This document shows, piece by piece, positions 42,136 to 54,318 of a stretch of 64,000 nt of DNA (position 1 is its first letter; every line of letters begins with the position of its first letter). The DNA is from Acidobacteriota bacterium (lineage in GTDB: Bacteria > Acidobacteriota > Polarisedimenticolia > Polarisedimenticolales > JAIQFR01): contig JBGQAU010000002.1 of the NCBI GenBank assembly GCA_041494445.1, forward strand, positions 16,793-80,792, read 5' to 3'. Made by a program: the position numbers and the translations under genes. The notes under the pieces are model-generated. The model made no database searches. It was not told where the DNA came from and was given only the letters and a program-made list of their open reading frames with translations.

Positions 42136-43182
42136 GTGAGTGCCACGGCGGGAAGCGGCCGAGAGCCCGGGGCGCCGCCCGTCCCGCCGGACGGCGTCGA
42201 TCCGGAGGTGCTGGCCGCTCTGCTGGAGCTGCACCGCCGCCTCGACCTGCCCGATCAGCTCCAGGTGCTGGTCGAGCGCGCCGCGGCCTGGACCGGCGCG
42301 GACGCGTGCTTCGCTCTCGCGCCCGACGAGGAGCGGCAGGTCCTCGTGCCGGTGGCCTCGGTCCGCGCGCGGGGGAGCTTCGACCTGACCGGGGCGCGGC
42401 TGAGGTCCGGCGAGGTGCGGCGATGGGTCGAAGAGGGAGAGCCGCCGGGCCGCGCCGCCGACCTCCTGTCCGGCGTCCTTCCCGCATCGAGCGCGATGCT
42501 CCCGCTCCGGGGCGACGGGGACGAGGCCGTCGGCCTCCTGGTGGTCGTCAACGCGCGCGGCATGGGCGCGGAGATGGACCTCGTTCGGTCGCTCGCGACC
42601 CTCGGCCGCCGGGCGATCGAGAACGCGATCCAGGTCCGCGCGATACGGGATCTCGTCATCAAGGACGACACGACCGAATGCTTCAACCGGAGGTACTTCG
42701 AGGATTTCCTCGCCGAGGAACTGTCCAGGGCCAGCCGGTTCCACGCTCCGCTCTCGCTGATCTTCTTCGACATGGACGGGCTCAAGCAGGTCAACAGCCT
42801 GCTCGGTCACGCCATGGGGAGCCGAGCGCTCTATGAGGTTTCCGTCCGTGTTCGCGTGAAGGTCCGGAAGTTCGACAAGCTGTTTCGGTTCGGCGGTGAC
42901 GAGTTCTGTATCGTGCTGCCGGAGACGGAGTGGCACGGCGCGCTCGAGGTCGCCGAGCGCGTGCGCGTGGCGATCGCCGGCAAGGCTTTCCTCGCGGACC
43001 GACTCGGCGAGAAGGGGGGCGTGAAGATGACCGCCTCCTTCGGCATCGCCTCGTTCCCCCTCCACGCCCGGAGCAAGGCGGAGCTCCTGGAGCGCGCCGA
43101 CTGGGCGATGCAGCGGATCAAGAACGGCGTGAAGAACTCCATAGCGGTCGCGGAGATCGTCGAGGACGGGCATGAATCCTGA
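42136..43182 (+). CDS. GAF-like sensor diguanylate cyclase (GGDEF with RxxD I-site)
   Basis: N-terminal GAF-like half. RYFEDFL..., FFDMDGLKQVN, and RKFD five residues before GGDEF. Confidence 0.85.
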   Translation: MSATAGSGREPGAPPVPPDGVDPEVLAALLELHRRLDLPDQLQVLVERAAAWTGADACFALAPDEERQVLVPVASVRARGSFDLTGARLRSGEVRRWVEEGEPPGRAADLLSGVLPASSAMLPLRGDGDEAVGLLVVVNARGMGAEMDLVRSLATLGRRAIENAIQVRAIRDLVIKDDTTECFNRRYFEDFLAEELSRASRFHAPLSLIFFDMDGLKQVNSLLGHAMGSRALYEVSVRVRVKVRKFDKLFRFGGDEFCIVLPETEWHGALEVAERVRVAIAGKAFLADRLGEKGGVKMTASFGIASFPLHARSKAELLERADWAMQRIKNGVKNSIAVAEIVEDGHES

Positions 43183-43741
43183 AGCCCGCGACGAGACCGG
43201 GGTCGCACGTGAGGTGCGCATCCAGGGGCCCGCCCTTTTCGTCGCCGGCGGCGTGCTTCTCGCGCTGCTCGCCCTCGCGTTCTGGGCGGGGCGGTGGTTC
43301 GAGCGGCAGGTGTCGCCGCCACCGGCGGCCGTCGGGCGCGATACGCCGGGACACGTGGCCAAGGACGAGCCGACGGCCGACGACGTCACGTTCTTCGACA
43401 CGCTCGGGGGAGGTGGAAAGGCCGCGGAGCCCCAGCGCGAGGCCCGCCCGAAGGGCCCGCCCGCCGAGCCGCCCTCCGTCGCGCCCGCGACGGCCGTCGC
43501 GCGAGGCGGGCCGTTCTTCGTGCAGGTTTTCGCCGGTAGGGACCGGCAGGCCGCCGAGGAGATCGTCCGGTCCCTCGGCGGTCGCGGCTACCCCGTCACC
43601 GTGGAAGGCGAGCGCGAGGGACGGGGGGCGCTCTTCAAGGTCCGGGTCGGCGGCTACCCCGACCGAGCGGAGGCCCAGACGGTCGCCGACCGGCTCAAGC
43701 GCGAAGGCGAGGCCGGGGCGTGGGTGACCCGGCGAGATTGA
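43172..43741 (+). CDS. SPOR-domain membrane protein
   Basis: N-terminal TM helix. C-terminal FFVQVFAGRDRQAAEEIV...FKVRVGGYPDRAEAQTVADRL is SPOR-like. Confidence 0.75.
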   Translation: MNPEARDETGVAREVRIQGPALFVAGGVLLALLALAFWAGRWFERQVSPPPAAVGRDTPGHVAKDEPTADDVTFFDTLGGGGKAAEPQREARPKGPPAEPPSVAPATAVARGGPFFVQVFAGRDRQAAEEIVRSLGGRGYPVTVEGEREGRGALFKVRVGGYPDRAEAQTVADRLKREGEAGAWVTRRD

Positions 43742-43860
43742 GCCGACGGGAGGGCCGCGACGGGTCCGCACCCAGGGGGAGGGGTGTGTTATGTTGAACG
43801 GGCGAGGCTTGCGCAGGCGCCCTCGAGTCTTAGATTTGCCCGATGTGCGGAGGACGGATC

Positions 43861-44995
43861 GTGAGGAGCCCGGATCTCCAGGATCTCGCCGACCGGATCG
43901 AGGCGCTCGCCGACAAGGTGGACGCGCTCCGGAGGTTCCTTTGATGTGGACCGGAAGCAGGGCGAGCTCTCCGACGTGGAGCAGCAGCTGACCCTGCCGG
44001 AGGTCTGGGGGGACGCCGACCGCGCGCGCCGGCTCCGGCAGAGACGGTCCAGGCTCCTCGAGAGCATCGAGACCGCGCGGGGCCTCAAGACGCTCCAGGA
44101 CGACGCGAAGACCTTTCTCGAGCTGGCCCGGGAGGGAGAGGACGTCGGCGGCGAACTGGCCGGCGCCGTGGCGACGCTGGGCGCGCGGACCGAAGAGGTC
44201 GAGCTCGCGATGCTCCTGACCGGGGAGCACGACGCGGCGGACGCGATCCTCGAGGTGCACCCGGGCGCGGGCGGGACCGAGTCCCAGGACTGGGCCGAAA
44301 TGCTGCTGCGCATGTACACGCGGTGGGCGGAGCGCCGCGGCTTCAGAGTGGAGACCCTCGACTACCAGGCGGGGGACGAGGCCGGCATCAAGAGCGTCAC
44401 GCTGGGGATCCGCGGGCCGAACGCGTACGGCTACCTCCGGACGGAGCGCGGCGTCCACCGGCTCGTGCGGATTTCGCCCTTCGACGCCCAGGCGCGCCGT
44501 CACACGTCGTTCGCGTCGGTCGACGTGATCCCGGAAGCCGGGGCGGACGTGGACGTGGTGGTCGACGACAAGGACCTGAGGATCGACACGTACCGGTCCT
44601 CGGGGGCGGGCGGCCAGCACGTGAACGTCACGGATTCCGCCGTCAGGATCACGCACCTCCCGAGCGGGATCGTCGTGACGTGCCAGAACGAGCGCTCCCA
44701 GCACCGGAACCGCGACATCGCCATGCAGATCCTCAAGGCCAAGCTCCTCGATCGCGCGCAGAAGGAGGCGGACGAGAGGATGGCGCTGGAGGTGGGGGAG
44801 AAGAAGAAGATCGAATGGGGAAGCCAGATCCGGTCGTACGTTCTCGCGCCGTACCGGCTCGTGAAGGACCACCGGACCGGCACCGAGGTCGGGGACGCGG
44901 ACCGCGTGCTCGACGGAGACCTGGACGGGTTCATCCGCGCGGCGCTGGCCGTCGCGCGGGAGCCGGGGGAGGCCCGGGCGGGGCGCCCGGCCTGA
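43861..44995 (+). CDS. prfB: peptide chain release factor 2, requires programmed +1 frameshift at 43939-43945
   Basis: Frame 0 (GTG 43861 with SD GGAGG 7 nt upstream; alternative ATG 43843) ends ...RRFL-TGA. The +1 frame continues DVDRKQGELSD... and contains the SPF and GGQ motifs. Confidence 0.9.
43931..43945 (+). promoter_or_regulatory. RF2 autoregulatory +1 frameshift site
   Basis: GGAGG TTC CTT TGA T: an internal SD 3 nt upstream of the slippery CTT followed by an in-frame TGA, as in the classical prfB site. Confidence 0.85.
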
Positions 44996-45038
44996 GCGCC
45001 CGCGGCGAAAAGCCAAGGGCGACCTGGGGCTGAGAATC

Positions 45039-46103
45039 GTGTCGAAGGAAACGAGAGCACAGGCCGGGATCGAGCTGGATTTGAGGGAGCGCGAGATCCT
45101 GCGGTCCGTGATCCAGGCGCACGTCCTGACCGGGGAGCCGGTGGGATCGAGGACCCTATCCCGGGAGCGGGCGCTGGACCTGTCCCCCGCGACGATCCGG
45201 AACATCATGTCCGACCTCGCGGAAAAAGGTCTCCTGTCCCAGCCGCACCCGTCGGCGGGGCGGGTCCCGACCGACCGGGGCTACCGGTTGTACGTGGACC
45301 GGTTGATGGAGCCGGCCAGGATGGCTCCCGCCCAGGCCCACGCGATCGACGAGGCGCTCCTGAGGAGCCGCGGAGGGATCCCGGAGCTCCTCGGCGAGGC
45401 GAGCCGTCAGCTGTCGCGCTTCTCGAAGCACGTCGGCGTGGTCCTCGCGCCGGAACTGCGGCGGATCGTCGTGGAGCACCTCGAGTTCATCCGTCTCGAG
45501 AAGCAGCGGGTGGTCGCGATCCTGGTGGATCGCGCGGGAGTCGTGCACAACCGGATCCTCGACGTCGAGGACCCTCTCGAGCAGGAAGAGCTGGACCGGA
45601 TCGGGCGTCAGCTCTCGGAGCAGTACTCGGGCTTCACGCTTCCGAGGATGCGTGAGGCGGTGCTGCGCCGGATGTCCGAGGAGACGGCCCAGTGCGACGG
45701 CCTCGTCGCCGCGACCCTCGAGCTGGGACGGCGCGCGGTCGACCTCGAGACCGCGGGGGACGTGTTCGTCGAGGGGGCCTCGAACCTCCTCGGCTCGCCG
45801 GAGTTCGCCAACCTGCAGCGAATGAGGTCGCTGTTCAGGACGCTGGAGGAGAAGAGCCGCCTCGTGGAGCTCCTGAACCGGGTCCTCGAGGGGGAAGGGG
45901 TCCAGGTGGTCATCGGAAGAGAGAACCTGGCGTCGGACCTCGCGGACCTCTCGGTCGTTGCCTCCACTTACGGCGCCGGGGACCGCGTCATGGGAACGGT
46001 GGGGATCGTGGGTCCGACGCGGATGGAGTACGCGAGAGCCATCGCGCTTGTGGAGCATCTGGCGCGGGTCCTGACCCGGCTTCTGTCGAGCACGGGCGAG
46101 TAA
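45039..46103 (+). CDS. hrcA: heat-inducible transcription repressor HrcA
   Basis: LDLREREILRSVIQAHVLTGEPVGSRTL...ATIRNIMSDLAEKGLL...PHPSAGRVPTDRGYR. Confidence 0.9.
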   Translation: MSKETRAQAGIELDLREREILRSVIQAHVLTGEPVGSRTLSRERALDLSPATIRNIMSDLAEKGLLSQPHPSAGRVPTDRGYRLYVDRLMEPARMAPAQAHAIDEALLRSRGGIPELLGEASRQLSRFSKHVGVVLAPELRRIVVEHLEFIRLEKQRVVAILVDRAGVVHNRILDVEDPLEQEELDRIGRQLSEQYSGFTLPRMREAVLRRMSEETAQCDGLVAATLELGRRAVDLETAGDVFVEGASNLLGSPEFANLQRMRSLFRTLEEKSRLVELLNRVLEGEGVQVVIGRENLASDLADLSVVASTYGAGDRVMGTVGIVGPTRMEYARAIALVEHLARVLTRLLSSTGE

Positions 46104-46118
46104 CGACGCTCGGGAGCT

Positions 46119-46775
46119 TTGGAAATGACGAAACCCAGCCAAGACCGGCCGCCGCACGAGATCCCCGACGATCCGGAGGAGATCGAGATCCTCGAGATCG
46201 AAGGGATGGCGGAGTCCGCCGTCCCGGCCGCGGACAGGGATCTCGACATCCTCTTCGACGAGCGGCAGGAGGCCCCGGCGCAGGCGCCGCCGCCCGTCCG
46301 GGAGCCGCCGCGAGAGACCGCGGCCAGCGGCGAGCGGCTGATGAGGCTCCAAGCGGATTTCGACAACCTGAGGAAGCGGATCGAGCGGGAGGAGGCGGAG
46401 TTCAGGAAGGTGGCGACGAGCAGGCTGGTGACGGCGCTCCTGCCGGTGCTCGACAACTTCGAGCGGGCGCTCGCCTCTGCGCGCCCGGAGCGGGACGAGG
46501 GGGCGTTCCGCACGGGCGTCGAGATGATCCACCGCCAGCTGCTGGACGTCTTCCGGAAGGAGGGGCTCACGCCGGTGGACGCCCTGGGCCGACCCTTCGA
46601 TCCCATGATGCACGAGGCGCTGGCCACCGAGCCGTCGTCGACGTTGCCGCCGAACACCGTCATCGAAGAGATCCAGCGGGGCTATTTTCTTCACGACCGA
46701 CTGCTGCGCCCGGCCCTCGTGCGCGTGAGCGAGGGCGCGGCCGCGGAGGACGCCGATCCCAGGGAGGAGCCGTAG
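46119..46775 (+). CDS. grpE: nucleotide exchange factor GrpE
   Basis: RLQADFDNLRKR..., LPVLDNFERA and FDPMMHEA motifs. Confidence 0.9.
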   Translation: MEMTKPSQDRPPHEIPDDPEEIEILEIEGMAESAVPAADRDLDILFDERQEAPAQAPPPVREPPRETAASGERLMRLQADFDNLRKRIEREEAEFRKVATSRLVTALLPVLDNFERALASARPERDEGAFRTGVEMIHRQLLDVFRKEGLTPVDALGRPFDPMMHEALATEPSSTLPPNTVIEEIQRGYFLHDRLLRPALVRVSEGAAAEDADPREEP

Positions 46776-48638
<1,863 letters not shown>

Positions 48639-48680
48639 GAGCGAGTGGGGCGGCGGCCCGGGTCGCCGTGGAGGAGCAGG

Positions 48681-49790
48681 GTGTCCGATCGGGACTACTA
48701 CGAGATTCTCGGGGTGACCCGGGGTGCTTCTGCCGCCGACATCAAGAAGGCCTACCGGCGCCTCGCGGTGAAGCACCACCCGGACAAGAACCAGGGGAAC
48801 AAGGACGCCGAGGAGAAGTTCAAGGAGGCGGCCGAGGCGTATGCCGTCCTCTCGGATCCGGAGAAGCGGGAGCGGTACGACCGGTTCGGGCGGGCGGGCC
48901 TCGGCGCGCAGGACGGTTTCCGCGGGTTCGATCAGGAGATCTTCGCGGACTTCGCGGATGTCCTGGGCGACTTCTTCGGGTTCGGGAGCCTGTTCGGGGG
49001 AGGGCGCCGGCGCGCCGCCCGCCGGCCGGGAGACGATCTCCGCTACGACCTCGAGCTGGAGTTCGACGAGGCCGTGCGCGGCCTCGAGACCAGGATCAAG
49101 GTGCCTCGCACCGAGAAATGCGCCGATTGCGGCGGCCGCGGAGCGAAGACCGCCGACGGCATCAAGACGTGCCCGCAGTGCGGCGGGCGCGGGCAGGTCG
49201 CCTTCCGACAGGGGTTCTTCACCCTGACGCGGCCCTGCGGCCGCTGCCGCGGAGCGGGGCGCGTCATCACCGCGCCCTGCCCTCAGTGCGAGGGAAAAGG
49301 GAAAGTGCGCCGGGAGCGCACGCTGACGGTGCGGATCCCCACCGGCGTGGACGAGGGGATGCACCTGCGGCTCGCCGGCGAGGGAGAGGCGAGCCCCGAC
49401 GACGGGCCTCCCGGGGACCTCTACGTGGTGGTCCACGTCGCCGCGCACCCGTTCTTCCGCCGCGACGGCGACCATCTCCACTGCGAGGTGCCGATCGGCT
49501 TCGCGCAGGCCGCGCTGGGCTCGAAAATCACCATCGAGACGCTCGACGGCGAGGAGGAGTTCGAGATCCCGCCGGGGACCCAGTCCGGAACCGTGTTCAG
49601 GCTCCAGGGCAAGGGGATTCCCGCGCTGGACGGCGGCCGCCGTGGCGACCAGTACGTTTCGGTGATGCTCCGGACGCCGAGCCGCCTCACCGCGGAGACG
49701 CGCGAGCTGTTCGAACGTCTCGCGGAGCTCGAAGGCGAGGAGGCCACCGGCCGGGGCCTGTTCGACCGTGTGAAGGACATCTTCAACTAG
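48681..49790 (+). CDS. dnaJ: co-chaperone DnaJ
   Basis: J domain DYYEILGV...HPDKN, G/F region and four CxxCxGxG zinc-finger repeats. GTG 48681 is preceded by GGAGGAG. The listed ORF starts at 48645. Confidence 0.9.
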   Translation: MSDRDYYEILGVTRGASAADIKKAYRRLAVKHHPDKNQGNKDAEEKFKEAAEAYAVLSDPEKRERYDRFGRAGLGAQDGFRGFDQEIFADFADVLGDFFGFGSLFGGGRRRAARRPGDDLRYDLELEFDEAVRGLETRIKVPRTEKCADCGGRGAKTADGIKTCPQCGGRGQVAFRQGFFTLTRPCGRCRGAGRVITAPCPQCEGKGKVRRERTLTVRIPTGVDEGMHLRLAGEGEASPDDGPPGDLYVVVHVAAHPFFRRDGDHLHCEVPIGFAQAALGSKITIETLDGEEEFEIPPGTQSGTVFRLQGKGIPALDGGRRGDQYVSVMLRTPSRLTAETRELFERLAELEGEEATGRGLFDRVKDIFN

Positions 49791-49833
49791 CGCCCGCGCG
49801 AGCGACGCCCGCGCGCGACACGGATCACCCCTC

Positions 49834-50709
49834 ATGCCGCAGGACACCTCGTGGATCGCGGTCGTCCTCGAGATCCCGTCGGATCTGGAGGAAGAGGTCG
49901 CCGCGGCCCTCGGCTCCTCGAGCCTCGGAGTCGAGACGGTGCCGGCGGCTCCCGGCGCCGTCCGCCTGCGCGTCTACCTGCCCGGGGGGCGTGATTCCCG
50001 TGCGGACCTCGACGAGGCGGCCGGCGCACTCCGGGGCCAAGGGCTCGATCCGATCGCCTGTGGCCTCGGCGTCGAGGCGGTGGAGGACGGGCGGTGGGTG
50101 GAGCGGTACCAGGCCGCGCTCCGACCGTTGCCGCTCGGGGACCGGTTCGTCGTGGTTCCGGGCGGGAACGCGCCGTCCGGGAGCGGGAGGGACCCGATTC
50201 TCCTGGTTCCCGGTCGGGCCTTCGGCACGGGCGAGCACCCGACGACCCGACTCTGCGCCGCGGCGCTGGAGCGCCGGGTGCGTCCGGGGAGCCGATGGCT
50301 CGATCTCGGGACCGGGAGCGGGATCCTCGCGGTGGTGGCCGCGCGGTGCGGCGCCGGCTTCGTCGAGGCCGTGGACGAGGACGGGGAGGCGGTCGAAGTG
50401 GCCGTCGCGGTCGTCGAGGCCAACGGTGCAGCCGCGCAGGTGCGGGTCCGGCACGGATCCGCGGTTGCCCTCGCGGGAAGCCGCCTCGACGGGTGCGTCG
50501 CCAACGTCGCGACGCGGTATTTCCTCGATCATGCCCCGGAGGTCGCGGCGGTCCTGAGACCGGCGGGCGTCCTCCTGTGCTCGGGGCTGCTCGGCGACGA
50601 CGCGGCCGACGTGTCCCGGGCCCTGGATTCCGCGGGGCTCCGGACGGTCGAGCGTCGGGACGAGGGACCCTGGTGTCTCCTCGTCGCGCGGCGCGGGACG
50701 GCGACCTGA
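49834..50709 (+). CDS. prmA: ribosomal protein L11 methyltransferase
   Basis: [16 protein letters not shown] and [11 protein letters not shown] motifs. Confidence 0.85.
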   Translation: MPQDTSWIAVVLEIPSDLEEEVAAALGSSSLGVETVPAAPGAVRLRVYLPGGRDSRADLDEAAGALRGQGLDPIACGLGVEAVEDGRWVERYQAALRPLPLGDRFVVVPGGNAPSGSGRDPILLVPGRAFGTGEHPTTRLCAAALERRVRPGSRWLDLGTGSGILAVVAARCGAGFVEAVDEDGEAVEVAVAVVEANGAAAQVRVRHGSAVALAGSRLDGCVANVATRYFLDHAPEVAAVLRPAGVLLCSGLLGDDAADVSRALDSAGLRTVERRDEGPWCLLVARRGTAT

Positions 50710-51455
50710 TGGAGCGGATCCGCAGGGTCCACCACTCCGACGTGCCCGGGACGGGCTCGGTGATCGTGCTCGACCCGGAGGAGACGCATCACGCGGTTCG
50801 TGTGCTGAGGCTCCGCCCGGGCGATCCGCTCTCGGTTTTCGACGGCAAGGGGCGCGAGTGGGAGGCGGTGCTGCTCTCCGCCGACCGCGCTTCGGCGGCG
50901 GTGCGGACCGTTTCCGAGCTGCCCGGCCGGGTGGATCCGGTGCTCGCGGTCACGCTCTTCCAGGCCCTGTGCCGCCCGGAGCGCATGGAGTGGCTGATCC
51001 AGAAGGGGACGGAGGTCGGTCTCGCCGCGATCCGCCCGTTCTCGGCCCGCCGCTCCGAGGCCGGGGATCCGTCCGGCGGCCGGCTCCGCCGTTACAGGAG
51101 GGTGGCCCTCGAGGCGGCAAAACAGAGCGGCCGGCGTGCGGTTCCCGAGGTCGCCGAGCCGGTCGTGGCCGTGCCGCCGCCTCCCGAGGGGACCCGCGCG
51201 TTGCTGCTGGATGCGGGGCCCGGCGCGCGGCCGCTCGCCGAATGGATCGCGGCTCCGGAGCCCGCCGAGGTGTGGCTCGCGGTCGGTCCGGAAGGCGGAT
51301 TCGAGCCGGAGGAGGCGGCGTCGCTCGAGGCGTCGGGATGGCGGCGTGCCAGCATCGGGCCGAGGACGCTCCGCACGGAGACGGCGGGCGTCGTCGCCGC
51401 CGCCCTCGTGCTTTACGCCTGGGGGGACCTCGGGTCGGGGCGGAGCGTCGGTTGA
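50709..51455 (+). CDS. rsmE: 16S rRNA (uracil1498-N3)-methyltransferase RsmE
   Basis: [27 protein letters not shown] and GPEGGF...RTLRTETA motifs. The start overlaps the prmA stop. Confidence 0.85.
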   Translation: MERIRRVHHSDVPGTGSVIVLDPEETHHAVRVLRLRPGDPLSVFDGKGREWEAVLLSADRASAAVRTVSELPGRVDPVLAVTLFQALCRPERMEWLIQKGTEVGLAAIRPFSARRSEAGDPSGGRLRRYRRVALEAAKQSGRRAVPEVAEPVVAVPPPPEGTRALLLDAGPGARPLAEWIAAPEPAEVWLAVGPEGGFEPEEAASLEASGWRRASIGPRTLRTETAGVVAAALVLYAWGDLGSGRSVG

Positions 51456-51481
51456 AGCGCTGGGCCGCGCTTCCCTATAAT
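51452..51481 (+). promoter_or_regulatory. candidate sigma70-type promoter for ilvE
   Basis: TTGAAG (51452-51457), an 18-nt spacer, then a perfect TATAAT (51476-51481). Lies 64 nt upstream of ATG 51545. Confidence 0.4.
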
Positions 51482-51544
51482 CCCCTCTCACGCGCCTTAG
51501 CTTCAGCCGTCCCTCTCGCCGGCCGGCCCGGCTTCGGAGGCCCG

Positions 51545-52465
51545 ATGTCCTTCACCCCCAGCAAGCTCATCTGGATGAACGGGAAACTCGTGCCCTGGGA
51601 CGAGGCGCGCATCCACGTCCTGTCCCACGTCGTCCACTACGGGTCCTCCGTGTTCGAGGGGATTCGGTGCTACGACACGAAGCGAGGCCCGGCCGTCTTC
51701 CGGCTGCGCGAGCACGTCGCGCGGATGTTCGACTCCGCGCGGATCTACCGGATGCCGATCCCCTACACGCCGGAGCAGACATCGGCGGCGTGCCTCGAGA
51801 CGGTGAAGGCCAACGGGTTCCGAGCGTGCTACATCCGCCCGGTGGCGTACCGAGGGTACGGCGACGTGGGCGTGAACCCGCACGGCTGTCCCGTGGACCT
51901 CGTGATCGCCACGTGGGCATGGGGGGCCTACCTGGGCGCGGAGGCGCTCGAGCGCGGGGTGGAGGTGCAGGTCTCCTCCTGGACGCGGCTGGCTCCCAAC
52001 ACGCTGCCCGCCATGGCGAAAGCCGGGGCCAACTATGCCAACTCGCAGCTGATCAAGATGGAGGCGATCGCCAACGGTTACGCCGAGGGGATCGCCCTCG
52101 ACCGCGAGGGGTACGTGAGCGAGGGATCGGGCGAGAACATCTTCCTGGCGCGCGACGGAAGGCTCGTCACCCCGCCGCTCGGAGCGTCCATCCTCCCCGG
52201 AATCACACGCGCGAGCGTGATCCTCCTGGCCCGGGAGCAGGGGCTCGAGGTCGAGGAACAGCGGATTCCCCGGGAGGCGCTCTACCTCGCCGACGAGCTG
52301 TTCTTCACCGGGACCGCGGCGGAGATCACGCCGGTGCGGAGCGTCGACCGGATCGAGGTCGGGTCGGGCCGGCCGGGGCCGATCACCCGCCGGCTCGATG
52401 CGGCGTTCCGCTCGATCCTCTCCGGCGAGGTCGAGGACAGGCACGGCTGGCTCGTGCCGGTTTGA
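51545..52465 (+). CDS. ilvE: branched-chain amino acid aminotransferase
   Basis: [33 protein letters not shown] and [12 protein letters not shown] motifs. Confidence 0.9.
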   Translation: MSFTPSKLIWMNGKLVPWDEARIHVLSHVVHYGSSVFEGIRCYDTKRGPAVFRLREHVARMFDSARIYRMPIPYTPEQTSAACLETVKANGFRACYIRPVAYRGYGDVGVNPHGCPVDLVIATWAWGAYLGAEALERGVEVQVSSWTRLAPNTLPAMAKAGANYANSQLIKMEAIANGYAEGIALDREGYVSEGSGENIFLARDGRLVTPPLGASILPGITRASVILLAREQGLEVEEQRIPREALYLADELFFTGTAAEITPVRSVDRIEVGSGRPGPITRRLDAAFRSILSGEVEDRHGWLVPV

Positions 52466-52583
52466 GCGCCCCTCTGCCTTGCCGCAGGCCGATTTGACTC
52501 CCGGCGGAGGCGTCCCTAGATTCAACCCTCGGGGCGGGCCGGTTCCCGCCCGCCGACTGCCCGCGCGGCAGTGAGGAGTCGCC

Positions 52584-53756
52584 GTGCACATCAACGACCT
52601 GCTCAAGATCGCCACCGACCACGGAGCGTCCGACCTCCACCTCAAGGTCGGCAGCCACCCCGTGATCCGCGTCGACGGAAGGTTGATCCCGCTGACGGAC
52701 CAGAAGCGCCTCATGCAGGAGGACACCATCGCGATGGCCTTCAGCATCATGAGCGCGCGTCAGAAGCAGAAGTTCAAGGACAACTTCGAGATCGACATGG
52801 CGTACTCCGTCCCCGGGCTCGGCCGCTTCCGCTGCAGCGTCTTCCAGCAACGGGGGACCGTGGGAGTCGTGCTCCGGGTCATCCCCGTCCGGATTCTCAC
52901 CATCCGCGATCTGCTGCTGCCGCAGGTCGTCGAGCAGATCGGGTTGGAGCGGCGCGGCCTCGTCCTCGTCACGGGAACGACCGGATCGGGAAAATCCACG
53001 ACGCTCGCGGCGTTGATCGACTACATCAACTCGACGCGCACCGAGCACATCATGACGATCGAGGACCCGATCGAGTTCCTGCATCGGGACAAGAAGAGCC
53101 TCGTGAACCAGCGCGAGGTCGAGGTGGACACCCGGTCCTTCGCCACCGCACTCCGCTCCGCGCTGCGGCAGGATCCGGACGTGGTCCTGGTCGGCGAGAT
53201 GCGGGACTACGAGACCATCGAGACGGCGCTCACGGCCGCCGAGACCGGCCACCTGGTTCTGTCCACGCTGCACACCCTCGACGCCACGGAGACCGTGAAC
53301 CGTATCATCTCCGTTTTCCCTCCCCATCAGCAGAAGCAGATCCGGCTGCAGCTCGCGGCGGTCCTGAAGGCCGTCGTCTCGATGCGGCTGGTGCCGCGGG
53401 CCGACGGGCAGGGCCGGGTGCCCGCCGTCGAGGTGCTGCGCTCCACCGCCTACATTCGCGACTGCGTCGAGAACAAGGAGAAGACCAAGCTCATCCACGA
53501 CGCCATCGCGGCGGGGACCTCGCAGTACGGGATGCAGACCTTCGACCAGTCGCTCTACCGGCTGTACAAGAACGACCTGATCTCGCTGGAGGAGGCCCTC
53601 CGCCAGGCGTCGAACCCCGACGAGTTCAAGCTCAAGGTCGCGGGGATCCAGTCCACGTCCGACCTGTCCCACGAGGAGATGGAGCGGACGATCCACTCTC
53701 CGGGACCGTCGGGAGAAGGCACGTTGGATTCGCCGTTCGAGTACTCGAAGAGCTAG
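52584..53756 (+). CDS. pilT: type IV pilus retraction ATPase PilT family
   Basis: ASDLHL, Walker A GTTGSGKSTT, MTIEDPIEF, LRQDPDVVLVGEMRD and TGHLVLSTLHT motifs. GTG start. Confidence 0.9.
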   Translation: MHINDLLKIATDHGASDLHLKVGSHPVIRVDGRLIPLTDQKRLMQEDTIAMAFSIMSARQKQKFKDNFEIDMAYSVPGLGRFRCSVFQQRGTVGVVLRVIPVRILTIRDLLLPQVVEQIGLERRGLVLVTGTTGSGKSTTLAALIDYINSTRTEHIMTIEDPIEFLHRDKKSLVNQREVEVDTRSFATALRSALRQDPDVVLVGEMRDYETIETALTAAETGHLVLSTLHTLDATETVNRIISVFPPHQQKQIRLQLAAVLKAVVSMRLVPRADGQGRVPAVEVLRSTAYIRDCVENKEKTKLIHDAIAAGTSQYGMQTFDQSLYRLYKNDLISLEEALRQASNPDEFKLKVAGIQSTSDLSHEEMERTIHSPGPSGEGTLDSPFEYSKS

Positions 53757-53766
53757 AATCCGCGGC

Positions 53767-54255
53767 ATGGCGGCGGAGGGTTCCGGCAAAGGGGCGCTCG
53801 ACCGGGCGCTCGATCTCGTGTCGCGCCGGCCCCTGACCCGGGCCGAGGTCCGCCTCAAGCTCGTCGCCGAGGGGTACGATCCGTCCGACGCGGGCGCGGC
53901 GGTGGACCGTCTCGCGGCTTCGGGCGTCCTGGACGACTCACGGCTGGCCTCGCATTACCTCCTCACGCGATCGGAGCGGCTCGGGCACGGGCGCGAGCGG
54001 CTGCTGAGGGATCTCCTGAGCCGCGGCGTCGACCCCGAGGTCGCCGAGAGCGCCTGGGTGGCGGTCGTCGGGACCGGCGACCTCGACCCCGGCGCCCAGC
54101 TCGCCCGCGAAGCGGAGCGCCGCGTGGCCGCCCAAGGCGGCGTGCTCGACCGGAAGCGGTACGCCCGCGTGTATAATGCGCTGCTCCGCGCCGGCTTCGA
54201 CCCCGGGGCCGTCGCAGCGGCGCTCGAGCGGTACCGCGCCGACATCGAGAGCTGA
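53767..54255 (+). CDS. recX: recombination regulator RecX
   Basis: Three-repeat helical pattern with ...LDDSRLASHY... and ...YARVYNALLRAGF.... Confidence 0.75.
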   Translation: MAAEGSGKGALDRALDLVSRRPLTRAEVRLKLVAEGYDPSDAGAAVDRLAASGVLDDSRLASHYLLTRSERLGHGRERLLRDLLSRGVDPEVAESAWVAVVGTGDLDPGAQLAREAERRVAAQGGVLDRKRYARVYNALLRAGFDPGAVAAALERYRADIES

Positions 54256-54318
54256 CCCTCGACCCACCCGGGCCGGCACCGGGCGGGCCCTTCCGAACCA
54301 CCAAGGGGACCGATCACC

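Noticed and set aside
44996-46118. Expected CIRCE operator (TTAGCACTC-N9-GAGTGCTAA) for HrcA near hrcA/grpE/dnaK
   Set aside because: I could not find a match by eye in the short gaps 44996-45038, 46104-46118 or 43742-43860. It may lie elsewhere, such as at groESL. A pattern search allowing mismatches would be needed.
52532-52551. GC hairpin GGGCGGG-CCGGTT-CCCGCCC after ilvE as a terminator
   Set aside because: There is no T-tract downstream (GCCGACTG...) and only a 7-bp stem, so it is not called. It could still act in a GC-rich host.
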